Source: Candidatus Aminicenantes bacterium
GTDB lineage: Bacteria; Acidobacteriota; Aminicenantia; Aminicenantales; Saccharicenantaceae
Reading direction: 5' to 3'
DNA: 64,000 nucleotides
Assembly: GCA_963754085.1 (NCBI GenBank)
Contig: CAVWFA010000003.1
Coordinates: forward strand, 391,854 to 455,853
Shown: in pieces, positions 21,406-30,645 of the stretch
Position numbering within the stretch: the stretch's first letter is position 1
Layout of the letters: each line of letters starts with the position of its first letter
Notes under the pieces: generated by a model
What the model saw: the letters and a program-made list of their open reading frames with translations, nothing else
Told to the model about the DNA's origin: nothing
Databases searched by the model: none
Program-made: the position numbers and the translations under genes

Positions 21406-22438
21406 CTAGAACTTGGTGTTGAACACCGGCAGGACGCGGAGGTTCTTCGGATTGTCGCGGACGATGTTGACCAGCCCGATCTGAACGCCCTTCTCGATCC
21501 TCCAGGCGTAGTTGACGATGCCGATGCTGAGGCCCTTGAGCCCGCCCTGGCAGTAATTGAAGGCGCTCGCGGACAGGCCCGAAAGCCGGCCGTCCTTGAC
21601 CACCCGGACCATTCCCAGGGCCAGGAACGCGCCTTTGAGGTCCTCGCCGCCGACGCCGAGGCCGCAGACGGCCAGGCCGCGGATCTTGGGGGCGCCCGCG
21701 CCGATGCCGCAGACGACGAGCCCGTTGATGGACTCCCCGGCGCCGAGCCCGATCCCGCCGATGCCGACGCCGGTCAGGCGCTCCCCGCACCCGGCGCCCA
21801 ATCCGCCGATGACCAGGCCGGTCAGGTTCTCGCCGACTCCGGCCCCCAATCCGCCGATGGCGATGCCGGTCAGGTCGCCGCCCACGCCGGCGCCCAGGCC
21901 GCCGATGAGGATGCCCGTGGCGTTCTCCCCGGCCCCGCAGCCGAGCCCGCCGATGGCGATCCCGGCCAGGTCCTCGCCCGCGCCGGCCCCCAGGCCGCCG
22001 ACGGTGATGCCTTTGACGTTCTCGCCGGCCCCCGCGCCGAGCCCGCCGATGGTGATACCGACGAGGTCGTCCCCCGCGCCCGCGCCGAGGCCGCCGATAT
22101 TGATGCCCTTCATGCTGGTATCGGCGCCGGCCCCCAGGATGCCGATATTGAGGCCGTTCATCCGGCCGCCGCCGGGAGCGATGCCGAGCGAAAGACCGTT
22201 GACGATGGCGTCCTTGTTGTCCTTCTTCGGCCGCCAGAAGGTCACGTTGACCCCGTTGATCCTGTTGACCCGGCTGTCGCGGAAGTTGAACCGCAGGCCG
22301 GAGAAGGTCTTCGAATTGCCGAAGCTGAGGCCCCAGTCTTCGAGGGGATGTCCAGGCTCTGGGCGAACAGGCCGGCGGCCGAGGCCATCCCCAAGACGAG
22401 AACGAAGACGACGATCGCGAACGTTTCATCAGGCGCAT
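21406..22438 (-). CDS. Exported glycine-rich repeat protein (16-residue GIxIGGLGAGAGxxLx units); N-terminal region needs two frame corrections
   Basis: The main ORF 21406..22245 lacks a signal peptide. MRLMKR (frame of 22438), FAIVVFVLVLGMASAAGLFAQSLDIP and LEDWGLSFGNSKTF.. are found in three successive frames. The breaks lie at a T-run (about 22420) and a C4 run (22344-22347). Confidence 0.65.
21630..22155 (-). repeat. About 11 tandem 48-bp coding repeats (16-aa Gly-rich unit)
   Basis: GINIGGLGAGAGDDLV / GITIGGLGAGAGENVK / GIAIGGLGCGAGENAT ... read directly from the translation. Confidence 0.85.
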
Positions 22439-22668
22439 GGGCGGCTCCTTTGCTCGACTATTATACTATCGCTCAGGGGCGGATTTCGACGCACATCTAC
22501 TAATTTTAGACGGAATCCGGCCGGCAAAAGTTCCCTCGTTCCTCGGGGGGAAATGAGATCGTTTCCGGTTTTTTCACAAATCAACGAGAAGCGGCCCCGT
22601 TTTCTTCGCCCGTAGTCCCCGAGGGACGGGTCCGTGATAGAATGAAGAGATATCATCCGGAGGTCATC

Positions 22669-22923
22669 ATGAAGAAGCTCCGAATCTGGGCAACGGTGTC
22701 CCTGACGCTGGGCATCCTGGCACTTGTCCTCCTTTTTCTCATGCACCTGGCGCTGACCGATATCTATCATGGAGAAGAGGACGTCAGCCTCGAGTGGACC
22801 ATCCTCCGGCTGGGATTTTTCGTCATCTTCTTCCTCATCGTCGCGACATTCATCTGCACCGGCCTCGTTCTCAAGCACTTCCGCGACCGGGAAGAGCGGC
22901 AAGATCCCAAGCCCCGCGAATAG
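22669..22923 (+). CDS. Small two-TM membrane protein (hypothetical)
   Basis: MKKLRIWATVSLTLGILALVLLFL.. from ATG 22669 (GGAGG RBS at 22657-22661; TGaTAGAAT extended -10 at 22635-22643). Confidence 0.5.
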   Translation: MKKLRIWATVSLTLGILALVLLFLMHLALTDIYHGEEDVSLEWTILRLGFFVIFFLIVATFICTGLVLKHFRDREERQDPKPRE

Positions 22924-22955
22924 GGTCTTTCGCCGCCGCGGCCCTCCCGATCGTC

Positions 22956-22977
22956 GGGGAATTGGTATTGTGTCCCC
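22956..22977 (+). repeat. Solo arm of the 59-nt element (GGGGAATTGGTATTGTGTCCCC)
   Basis: Its last 19 nt are identical to the right arms at 48463-48481 and 49931-49949. Confidence 0.8.
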
Positions 22978-23036
22978 GGTTTAAAAACCGTATATTGAGA
23001 AAGCAGTCCCCGAAAATCCGGAATCCGGAGGGAACG

Positions 23037-23684
23037 ATGTCACAGAACCCGCAAAGAACGAATTGGGGCCCGGTCCTGGTGCTGGGCAGTCTCTGGGGGC
23101 TCTCGGAAGCGGCTCTCGGGATGTTCCTGCGCCAGTGCGCCTCGACCGTCTCCGGCTCGGTCATGACCGGCGCGGCCCTCTTCTTCCTGGCCGCGGCCTG
23201 GGCCCTGTCGCCCCGGGCCAGGACGGTCGCCTTGATGGTCGGGCTGGCCGCGGGCTTCAAGCTCTTCGACGCCCTGCTCCTGGGCCTGCCCGTCCTTCAC
23301 GGCGCCATCGGCAACCCCATCTTCGCCATCGTCGTGGAGGGCGCGGCCTTCGCGCTCATCGTCAGCGTCGTCAGCCGGTCCGTCACGGCCAAAGCCGCCG
23401 GCCAGGGCCTCGCCGGCGGCCTCACCGCGCTCGTCGCGGTCAACCTCTTCCCCCTCGTCAAGTTCGCGACGGGCGTGGCCCCGTGCGTCACCGGCACGGC
23501 CTACCCGCTCTCGCTCTACTACGCGCCGATCGCCGTGGCCCTTTCGGCCCTCACGGTCCCGCTGGGCCTCCGGGCCGGCGCGGCCCTGGCCGGGCTCGAG
23601 ACGCGCCAAGTGCGGCTGCGCTGGCTCTCGCCCGCCGCGGCGGCCCTGTCCCTCGCCGCCCTGGCCCTGCTCCGGCTTCTCTAG
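23037..23684 (+). CDS. Polytopic membrane protein (hypothetical) immediately upstream of the molybdoenzyme operon
   Basis: 215 aa, about 6 hydrophobic segments, GGAGGGA RBS before ATG 23037. The ORF-track extension to 22794 runs through the repeat arm and is discounted. Confidence 0.6.
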   Translation: MSQNPQRTNWGPVLVLGSLWGLSEAALGMFLRQCASTVSGSVMTGAALFFLAAAWALSPRARTVALMVGLAAGFKLFDALLLGLPVLHGAIGNPIFAIVVEGAAFALIVSVVSRSVTAKAAGQGLAGGLTALVAVNLFPLVKFATGVAPCVTGTAYPLSLYYAPIAVALSALTVPLGLRAGAALAGLETRQVRLRWLSPAAAALSLAALALLRLL

Positions 23685-23708
23685 GCCGGCCGCGCGAAGG
23701 AGGATCCG

Positions 23709-24333
23709 ATGGAGAAAAAGAACAGCCAAGAGTTCGCCGGGCGGGGTCAGCCGCCGGGACTTCATCAAAGGCATGGGCACGGGGGCCCTCGGCACGGCCG
23801 TCATTCCCGAGCTCCTCGGCCAGTCGATCGCGACCAAGAAGGGCCGCGTCCCGGTCTATGAGCGGAAGACGATCGCCCTGACGGTCAACGGCCGGAAGGT
23901 CGGCCTCGAGGTCGAGGCCAACGAGACCCTGCTCGAGGTCCTGCGCGACAAGCTCGACCTCACCGGCGCCAAGAAGGTCTGCGACCGGGGCGAGTGCGGC
24001 GGCTGCACTGTCCTCCTCGACGGCGCCCCCGTCTACGCCTGCATGTTCCTGGCCGTCCGCGCCGACGGCCGGACGGTCAAGACGGTCGAGGGACTGGCCG
24101 ACGGCGACAAGCTCCATCCCGTCCAGGAGGCCTTCATCGAGAAGGACGGCTACCAGTGCGGCTTCTGCACGCCCGGATTCCTCATGACGACGTCGGCGTT
24201 CCTGGAAAAGAACCCGGCTCCGTCGCCCGACGAGGTCAAGCAGGCCCTGGCCGGGAACCTCTGCCGCTGCGGCAATTACGCCAAGATCTGCGGGGCGGTC
24301 GAAGCCGCGGCCAAGAAGATGAAGGGGGCATGA
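23709..24333 (+). CDS. Tat-exported [2Fe-2S] small subunit of a xanthine-dehydrogenase-family molybdoenzyme (PaoA-like); frame break in a G4 run near 23743
   Basis: ATG 23709 with GAAGGAGGA RBS is in a different frame from the twin-arginine motif VSRRDFIKG and the body (C..GECGGC, CGFCTPG, CRCGNY). Confidence 0.85.
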
Positions 24334-24334
24334 C

Positions 24335-26611
24335 ATGAGAGGCAAAGCGTACACCTCCTACGCCCGGGGAGACGCGGCGGGACAGGCCCGTCCGGCTCCC
24401 AAGAAGCCGGCCCCCAAGCCGGAGGCCCCGGTGGCCGAGGCCAAGGCCCCCGACTTCAGGCTCATCGGCCAGCCGACCGCGCGCGTCGACGGCCGCGAGA
24501 TCGTCACCGGCCGGGCCAAGTTCACCCACGACATCAAGCTGCAGGGCATGCTCATCGGCAAGATCCTGCGCTCGCCGCGGGCCGCGGCCGAGGTCGTCTC
24601 GATCGATCTCGCCCCGGCCCTGGCCCTGCCCGGGGTCCTGGCCGCGCTGAAGCTGGCCGACGGCAAGGTCCGCTACGCCGGACAGCAGGTCGCGGCCGTG
24701 GCCGCGGTCGACGAGCGCACGGCCGAAAAGGCCCTGGCCCTGATCAAGGTCGAGTACAAGACGCTCCCGGCCGTCGTCGACTGGGAGAAGGCCCGCGATC
24801 CGAACGCCCCGCAGGTCCGGGACGGCAAGCCCAACGTCGAGAAGTTCAACGAGTACGCCCGCGGCGACGTCGGGAAGGGCTTCGCCGAAGCCGACGTCGT
24901 CGTCGAGAAGACCTACCGGACCGGCTTCGAGGTCCACAATCCGACCGAGACGCACGGCAGCGTGGCCGCGTGGGAGGGCGACCACCTCATCGTCTACGAC
25001 TCGACCCAAGGCGTCCACGGCGTCCGCGACGGCCTGGCCCGGGCCCTCAAGGTCCCGGCGGCCAACGTCACCGTCATCAAGAACTACATGGGCGGCGGCT
25101 TCGGCAGCAAGCTCGCCACGGGCGAATATACGGTCGTGGCGGCCCGGCTGGCCCGCGAGACGGGCCGGCCCGTCAAGATCCTTCTGTCGCGGCGCGACAA
25201 CGCCCTGTGCGTCGGCTACCGGCCCTCGTCCTACCAGACCTACAAGGTCGGGGCGAAAAAGGACGGGACGCTCGTCGCCTTCTCGCTCCTGAATTACGCC
25301 TCGGGCGGCATCGTCCCGGGCGACGAGGTCTCCGAGCCGGTCGTCGACCTCTACAAGTGCCCGAACTGCAAGGTCGAGGAGCACACGGTCTTCACGAACA
25401 CCGGGGCCCAGCGGGCCATGCGCGCGCCCGGCCACACGCCGGGGGCTTTCGGCCTCGAAAGCGTCATGGACGAGCTGGCCGCGGCCCTCAACATGGACCC
25501 GCTCGAGCTCCGGCGCAAGAACTACTCGACGAAGAACCTGGGCGACACGGGTCTCCCGTATTCGTCCAAGGGCCTGGACAAGTGCTACGACCTCGGGGCC
25601 AAGGCCATCGGCTGGGAGCGGCGCAACCGCAAGCCCGGCGACGGGACCGGGACGGGACCGCTGCGCCGGGGGATCGGCTGCGCCTCGAGCCTCTGGTTCG
25701 GGGCCGGGGTGCCGGGGACGCTGGCCGACCTCGTCCTCTACCCCGACGGATCGGTCGAGATCGTCTGCGGGACCCAGGACATCGGCTGCGGCACGCGCAC
25801 CCACATGGCCGTCGTCGTCGCCGAGACCCTCGGGCTCGAGCCCAAGGACGTCACGGTCAAGCTCGGCAATTCGGATTATCCCTGGGCGCCCATCTCGGGC
25901 GGCAGCCTGACGACGCCCTCCGTGGCCCCGGCCGTGCGCGACGCGGCCCTCAAAGCGGTCGAACGGCTCAAGGACGTGGCGGCGGCCCGGCTCAAGATCG
26001 AGCCGGGCGACGTCGTCATGGCCGGCCGGAAATTCTCCTCGAACAGCGATCCGGCCAAGTCGGCCACCTTCGCCGAGGTGTACAGGGACCTGCGCCGGGA
26101 GACCGTCTTCCACGGCGAGCGGGGCCCGATGGACGACGGGAAGTTCGCCTTCAACACCTTCGGCGCCCACTTCGCCGAAGTCGAGGTCGACGTCGAGACG
26201 GGACGGGTCCGCGTCCTTAAATATGTCGCCGCCCAGGACAGCGGCCGGATCGTCAGCCGGCTCACGGCCGAGAGCCAGGTCATCGGCGGCGTCACCCAGG
26301 GCCTGGGCGCCGCGCTCTTTGAGGAGCGGGTCCTCGACGACGCCACGGGGACCGTGGTCAACCCGAACCTGCGCGACTACAAGGTCCCGACCTCGCTCGA
26401 CATCCCGGAGATCACGCCCCTGTTCGCCGACGTCGTCGATCCGCACATCAACAATCTGGGCGTCAAGGGGCTGGGCGAGCCGGCCCGCGTGCCGGCGTCG
26501 CCGGCCATCGCCAACGCCGTCTTCAACGCGATCGGCGTCCACGTCCGGGAGATCCCGATGACGCCCAAACGCGTCCTCGATGCTTTCCGGAGAAAGGAGT
26601 CCGGCTCATGA
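24335..26611 (+). CDS. Molybdopterin-binding large subunit (aldehyde oxidase / xanthine dehydrogenase family, PaoC-like)
   Basis: 758 aa. a/b-hammerhead and MoCo-binding motifs (GGGFG, QGxxQ-type, GEP..P). Confidence 0.9.
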   Translation: MRGKAYTSYARGDAAGQARPAPKKPAPKPEAPVAEAKAPDFRLIGQPTARVDGREIVTGRAKFTHDIKLQGMLIGKILRSPRAAAEVVSIDLAPALALPGVLAALKLADGKVRYAGQQVAAVAAVDERTAEKALALIKVEYKTLPAVVDWEKARDPNAPQVRDGKPNVEKFNEYARGDVGKGFAEADVVVEKTYRTGFEVHNPTETHGSVAAWEGDHLIVYDSTQGVHGVRDGLARALKVPAANVTVIKNYMGGGFGSKLATGEYTVVAARLARETGRPVKILLSRRDNALCVGYRPSSYQTYKVGAKKDGTLVAFSLLNYASGGIVPGDEVSEPVVDLYKCPNCKVEEHTVFTNTGAQRAMRAPGHTPGAFGLESVMDELAAALNMDPLELRRKNYSTKNLGDTGLPYSSKGLDKCYDLGAKAIGWERRNRKPGDGTGTGPLRRGIGCASSLWFGAGVPGTLADLVLYPDGSVEIVCGTQDIGCGTRTHMAVVVAETLGLEPKDVTVKLGNSDYPWAPISGGSLTTPSVAPAVRDAALKAVERLKDVAAARLKIEPGDVVMAGRKFSSNSDPAKSATFAEVYRDLRRETVFHGERGPMDDGKFAFNTFGAHFAEVEVDVETGRVRVLKYVAAQDSGRIVSRLTAESQVIGGVTQGLGAALFEERVLDDATGTVVNPNLRDYKVPTSLDIPEITPLFADVVDPHINNLGVKGLGEPARVPASPAIANAVFNAIGVHVREIPMTPKRVLDAFRRKESGS

Positions 26612-27582
26612 GAGAATTCAAGATCGCGGAGCCGCGGACGGCGGACGAAGTGGCCGCGCTCCTGACCGAAACGACGGGGCCGGTCGCGCTCATCGCGGGC
26701 GGCACGGACCTCCTCGACGGGCTCAAGAGCGGTGTGGCCAAGGCCGACCTCCTCGTCGACCTGCGGGGCGTCGCCGGCCTCACCGGCCTGACGCCCGAGA
26801 AGAGCGGTCTCCGGATCGGGGCCATGACCCGGGTCGTCGAGCTGGCCGAGAACGAGGGGATCGCCAAGGACTACCCGAGCCTCAAGGAGGCGGCCCTGTC
26901 GCTGGCGACGCCGCAGCTGCGCAACGTCGGCACGGTCGGCGGCAACCTGTGCCAGCGGCCGCGGTGCTGGTATTACCGGGACCCCGACGTCGTCTGCCGG
27001 AAGAAGGGCGGCTTCAACTGCTACGCCTTCCAGGGCCGGAACAAATACCACGCCATAATCGGCGGAGGGGCCTGCTACATCGTCTTCCCGTCGGACCTGG
27101 CCCCGGTCCTGATCAGCCTGGGCGCGACGGCGACCATTGGAACGGTCAAGGGCGACCGGACCATCCCGCTCGAAACGTTCTATGCGCTGCCGGACGTCGA
27201 CGTGACCCGCGAGACGGTGCTCGGGAAGGGCGAATTCCTGAAGAGCGTCTGGGTGCCGCCCCCTGCGGCCGGTCAGAAGGCCGCCTACGTCAAGCTCAAG
27301 GAGCGCGGCACCTGGGACTTCGCCCTGGTCTCGGCGGCCGTTACGGCGGTCGTCAAGGACGGCACGCTTGCGAGCGTCTCGATCGTCATGGGCGGCATCG
27401 CTCCGGTCCCGTGGCGGGCGAAGAAGGCCGAGGACGTCCTGCGCGGCCAGCCGGTGACGGAGGCCCTTATCCGGCGGGCGGCCGACCGCGTGCTCTTTGA
27501 CCCGACGCCACTCCGGGAGAACCTCTACAAGGCCGATCTCGTCTTCGCGGCGCTCAAGCGGGCGGTCCTGGCCGTCGTCTAG
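26608..27582 (+). CDS. FAD-binding subunit (CoxM/XdhB/PaoB-like)
   Basis: 324 aa with AGGTDL motif. The start overlaps the upstream stop. Confidence 0.9.
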   Translation: MREFKIAEPRTADEVAALLTETTGPVALIAGGTDLLDGLKSGVAKADLLVDLRGVAGLTGLTPEKSGLRIGAMTRVVELAENEGIAKDYPSLKEAALSLATPQLRNVGTVGGNLCQRPRCWYYRDPDVVCRKKGGFNCYAFQGRNKYHAIIGGGACYIVFPSDLAPVLISLGATATIGTVKGDRTIPLETFYALPDVDVTRETVLGKGEFLKSVWVPPPAAGQKAAYVKLKERGTWDFALVSAAVTAVVKDGTLASVSIVMGGIAPVPWRAKKAEDVLRGQPVTEALIRRAADRVLFDPTPLRENLYKADLVFAALKRAVLAVV

Positions 27583-27620
27583 CGAGGGGTTCGAAGAGCC
27601 GGACCCGACGGCGGCATGAC

Positions 27621-28679
27621 ATGAAATACAGTTTCCCCCAGCTCCTCGAGATCCTGGCGGAGGGCCGGGGTCTCGCCCTGGCAACCCTCGTCGCGACCGA
27701 AGGCTCGACGCCGCAAGTCGCGGGGGCCTCGGCCATCTTCTCGTCGGCCGGGCTCGTCGCCGGGACGGTCGGCGGGGGGCTTCTCGAGGCCAAGGTCGAG
27801 GCGGTGGCGCGCGAAGCGCTGGGAGACCTGACGGCCAGGCTCGTTTCCATCCGGCTCGACGCCGATCCTTCGGATATGGAAGGCGCCATCTGCGGCGGCA
27901 CGGCCCGGGTGCTGGTCGATCCGGAGGCGGAGAGATCTCGGGACGTCTTCCGGCAGGCCCTCGACGCGATCCGCGGTCACGGCTCGGGTTATCTCGCGGC
28001 CGGGATGGAGCCTGTCGAGGGCGATCGCGTCGCCGTGAAACGGCTCTGGATCCCGTTCGCGGAGGAAACCGCCCTGAAGAGCGGGAATATCCCGCCGGTC
28101 CCCCTGGGCTTCAGCGACAGAGAGCACCGTCGCGGGCTCGGGGCGGAGATGGACCGGAGCCGATACGTCTACGCCGAGTACGTCCAGCCCCTGCCGCGCC
28201 TGATCATCGCCGGGGCGGGCCATGTCGGACGGGCCGTCGCCCGGCAGGGCCGGCTTCTCGATTTCGCCGTCACCGTGATCGACGACCGGGCCGAGTTCGC
28301 CAACGCGGAGAACGTCCCCGACGCCGATACGATCATCCTGGGGGACATCGGCGAATCGGTCCGGACCGTCGATGAGCATGGCGACGACTACTATGTCATT
28401 GTCACCCGGGGACACCAGAAGGACGCCGAGGCGCTGCGGGCCGTGTTCGTCAAGCCGGCGGTGTACGTCGGGATGATCGGCAGCCGGCCGAAGATCGAGG
28501 TCATGCGCCGCGAGTTCCTGAAGAACGGCTGGGCCACGGCCGAAGAATGGGCCCGGGTGCACGCCCCGATCGGCCTCGACATCGGGTCGAAGACGGTCGA
28601 CGAGATCGCCGTCAGCATCGCCGCGGAGCTCATCGCCGTGCGGAGCCGACAAAACGGTCCCGAGCGGGGACGGTCATGA
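27621..28679 (+). CDS. XdhC/CoxI/PaoD-family molybdenum-cofactor insertion chaperone
   Basis: N-terminal XdhC_CoxI domain (ATLV.TEGS.P...GA) and C-terminal Rossmann domain (IIAGAGHVG). Confidence 0.85.
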   Translation: MKYSFPQLLEILAEGRGLALATLVATEGSTPQVAGASAIFSSAGLVAGTVGGGLLEAKVEAVAREALGDLTARLVSIRLDADPSDMEGAICGGTARVLVDPEAERSRDVFRQALDAIRGHGSGYLAAGMEPVEGDRVAVKRLWIPFAEETALKSGNIPPVPLGFSDREHRRGLGAEMDRSRYVYAEYVQPLPRLIIAGAGHVGRAVARQGRLLDFAVTVIDDRAEFANAENVPDADTIILGDIGESVRTVDEHGDDYYVIVTRGHQKDAEALRAVFVKPAVYVGMIGSRPKIEVMRREFLKNGWATAEEWARVHAPIGLDIGSKTVDEIAVSIAAELIAVRSRQNGPERGRS

Positions 28680-29260
28680 TCTGGGCCGTCGTCCTGGCGG
28701 CGGGCGAGTCCCGGCGCATGGGGACGCAGAAGCTCCTCCTTCCCTTCGGGGACACCACGGTCGTGGGCGCCGTCGTGCGGACGGCCCTGGCTTCGCGCGC
28801 CGGCGGGACGATCGTCGTCCTCGGCGCCGACCGCGACGCCGTCCGCGGCGAGCTGGCGGACCGGGGCGTCGGTTTCGCCGTCAACGCGGATTTCCGTCTC
28901 GGGATGCTGTCGTCCGTCCAAGCCGGGTTCCGGTCGCTCCCGGCCGGGGCCCGGGCCGCCGTGATCATGCTCGGCGATCAGCCGTTCCTCGCCGCCGGCG
29001 TCGTCGACGCCGTTATCGCGGCCTACGAGGAGAGCGGCCAGGGCCTGGTCATCCCGACCTTCGGGGGCCGCCGCGGCCATCCCGTGCTCATCGACCTCAA
29101 GTTCAGGGACGAGGTCCTCGGTCTCGACCAGGCCGACGGCCTCCGCCGCCTGATGCGGTCACACCCCGGGGACATCCGCGAGGTCGAGATCGGAGACGCC
29201 AACATCCTCCGCGACCTGGACACCCCCGAGGATTACGCCGGCCTTCCCAAACCGAACTGA
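28676..29260 (+). CDS. MobA-like NTP transferase (MocA-type molybdenum cofactor cytidylyltransferase candidate)
   Basis: VVLAAGESRRMG..K N-terminus. ATGA overlap with the xdhC stop. Confidence 0.8.
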   Translation: MIWAVVLAAGESRRMGTQKLLLPFGDTTVVGAVVRTALASRAGGTIVVLGADRDAVRGELADRGVGFAVNADFRLGMLSSVQAGFRSLPAGARAAVIMLGDQPFLAAGVVDAVIAAYEESGQGLVIPTFGGRRGHPVLIDLKFRDEVLGLDQADGLRRLMRSHPGDIREVEIGDANILRDLDTPEDYAGLPKPN

Positions 29261-29277
29261 ACACCCCGTCACGCTTC

Positions 29278-29348
29278 TAAAGAAGGGACCTGGTCTTCGC
29301 ATTTATGGTCGCCTCATTTGAAAATGCGAAGACCAGGTCCCTTCTTTA
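29278..29348. repeat. 71-nt palindromic element, perfect 27-bp arms (TAAAGAAGGGACCTGGTCTTCGCATTT / complement), 17-nt loop
   Basis: Arms at 29278-29304 and 29322-29348 are exact reverse complements. Confidence 0.9.
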
Positions 29349-29362
29349 AATTAAAAAGGTAT

Positions 29363-29377
29363 AGGTTTGACCCCTTC
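29363..29377 (+). repeat. Solo terminal motif AGGTTTGACCCCTTC (matches the right end of the 29749-29833 element)
   Basis: Compare 29818-29833 AGGTTTGACCCCCTCT. Confidence 0.6.
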
Positions 29378-29448
29378 TTATTTGACTTGGGGGGAGCGGC
29401 GACCTACTATATCTCAAAGGGGTATTTTCTCGAGGAAGGGGAACCGCT

Positions 29449-29748
29449 ATGCATGCGCGTCTCTTGAGGATGCAGGTCAAACCCGAGCGGATCGACGAAG
29501 CGGCCCGGATCTTCGCCGAGGAGGTCGCGCCCGGCTGCCGCGCCCTGCCCGGCTTCCGCGGCGCCTATTTTCTGGTCGACCGCAAGCTCGGGGAGTGTCT
29601 GCCCATCACGCTCTGGGAGACCGAGGCCGAAATGATCGCCACGGAGGAGAACCGGTTTTTCCAGACCCAGCTCATGAAATTCCTGGGCCTCTTCCATCAC
29701 GGCCTCGTCCGAGAGGCCTTCGAGGTGGTGTTCTCCGAGCGCGCCTGA
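29449..29748 (+). CDS. ABM (antibiotic-biosynthesis-monooxygenase-like) ferredoxin-fold protein
   Basis: 99 aa, pattern ..PGF.G.Y.L.DR..G....ITLWETEAEM.. typical of ABM/Dabb small proteins. Confidence 0.6.
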   Translation: MHARLLRMQVKPERIDEAARIFAEEVAPGCRALPGFRGAYFLVDRKLGECLPITLWETEAEMIATEENRFFQTQLMKFLGLFHHGLVREAFEVVFSERA

Positions 29749-29833
29749 GAGGGGGTCAAACCTAAACTTCTCATAATTTCGGGCCGGAGACTTTGCGCTA
29801 GGAAATTATAAGAATTTAGGTTTGACCCCCTCT
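29749..29833. repeat. 85-nt imperfect palindromic element (AGAGGGGGTCAAACCTAAA.. / ..TTTAGGTTTGACCCCCTCT)
   Basis: About 32-bp arms with one indel and one mismatch, 21-nt loop. Starts directly after the ABM stop codon. Confidence 0.85.
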
Positions 29834-29868
29834 TTTATGCTATAAATCACCAGAAACGAGGTAGACCC

Positions 29869-30645
29869 ATGACATCAAAGAGGATGACCGTCATCGCCAT
29901 CATGATCCTGACGGCGCTGGCCGTGCTGGCGGCGCTGCCCGCCCTGGCCCAGACTCCTTCGGCGAGCCCGCTCGTCCAACAGGGCGATGAGCTCTACACC
30001 CAGCGCGGCGACTTGGCCAAGGCCAAGGAAGCCCGGGCCAAGTACGAGGCCGCGCTGGCCGCCAAGGAGGACGACTACGGCGCCAGCTGGCGCCTGGCCC
30101 GGGTCCTCTACTGGATCGGCGACCACACGCCCACGAACGACGCCAAGAAACCGCTCTTCCAGAAGGGCATCGAGCACGCCAAGAAAGCCGTCGAGCTCGA
30201 TCCGAACAAGCCCGACGGGCACTTCTGGCTCGGCGTCAACTACGGCGTCTACGGCGAGGCCAAGGGCATCCTCAAGAGCCTGGCCCTGGTCAAGCCCATC
30301 AAGGCGGAGATGCGGCGCGTCCTCGAGCTCGAGCCCGCCTACGACCACGGCGGCGCCGACCGCGTCCTCGGCCGCGTTTATCACGAGCTGCCCGGGTTCG
30401 CCGGAGGCAGCGAGAAGCTCTCCCTCGAGTACCTGCTCAAGTCGGTCGGTTACGGCCCCCGCGTCGGCCTCAACCTCCTCTACCTGGCCGACACCTATCT
30501 CTCGCTCGACCGCGTCGAGGACGCCCGCAAGGCCCTCGAGACCATCCTGACCATGGAGCCTATGCCCGACCTCCTCCCCGAGACCGCCGAGGAACAGGCC
30601 CAGGCCCGCGAACGCCTCGAAAGGAAGCCTTTCAAGAAGAAATGA
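29869..30645 (+). CDS. Secreted TPR-like helical repeat protein
   Basis: Signal peptide followed by helical repeats (AKYEAALAA..DDY.A.WRLARV..). Confidence 0.65.
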   Translation: MTSKRMTVIAIMILTALAVLAALPALAQTPSASPLVQQGDELYTQRGDLAKAKEARAKYEAALAAKEDDYGASWRLARVLYWIGDHTPTNDAKKPLFQKGIEHAKKAVELDPNKPDGHFWLGVNYGVYGEAKGILKSLALVKPIKAEMRRVLELEPAYDHGGADRVLGRVYHELPGFAGGSEKLSLEYLLKSVGYGPRVGLNLLYLADTYLSLDRVEDARKALETILTMEPMPDLLPETAEEQAQARERLERKPFKKK

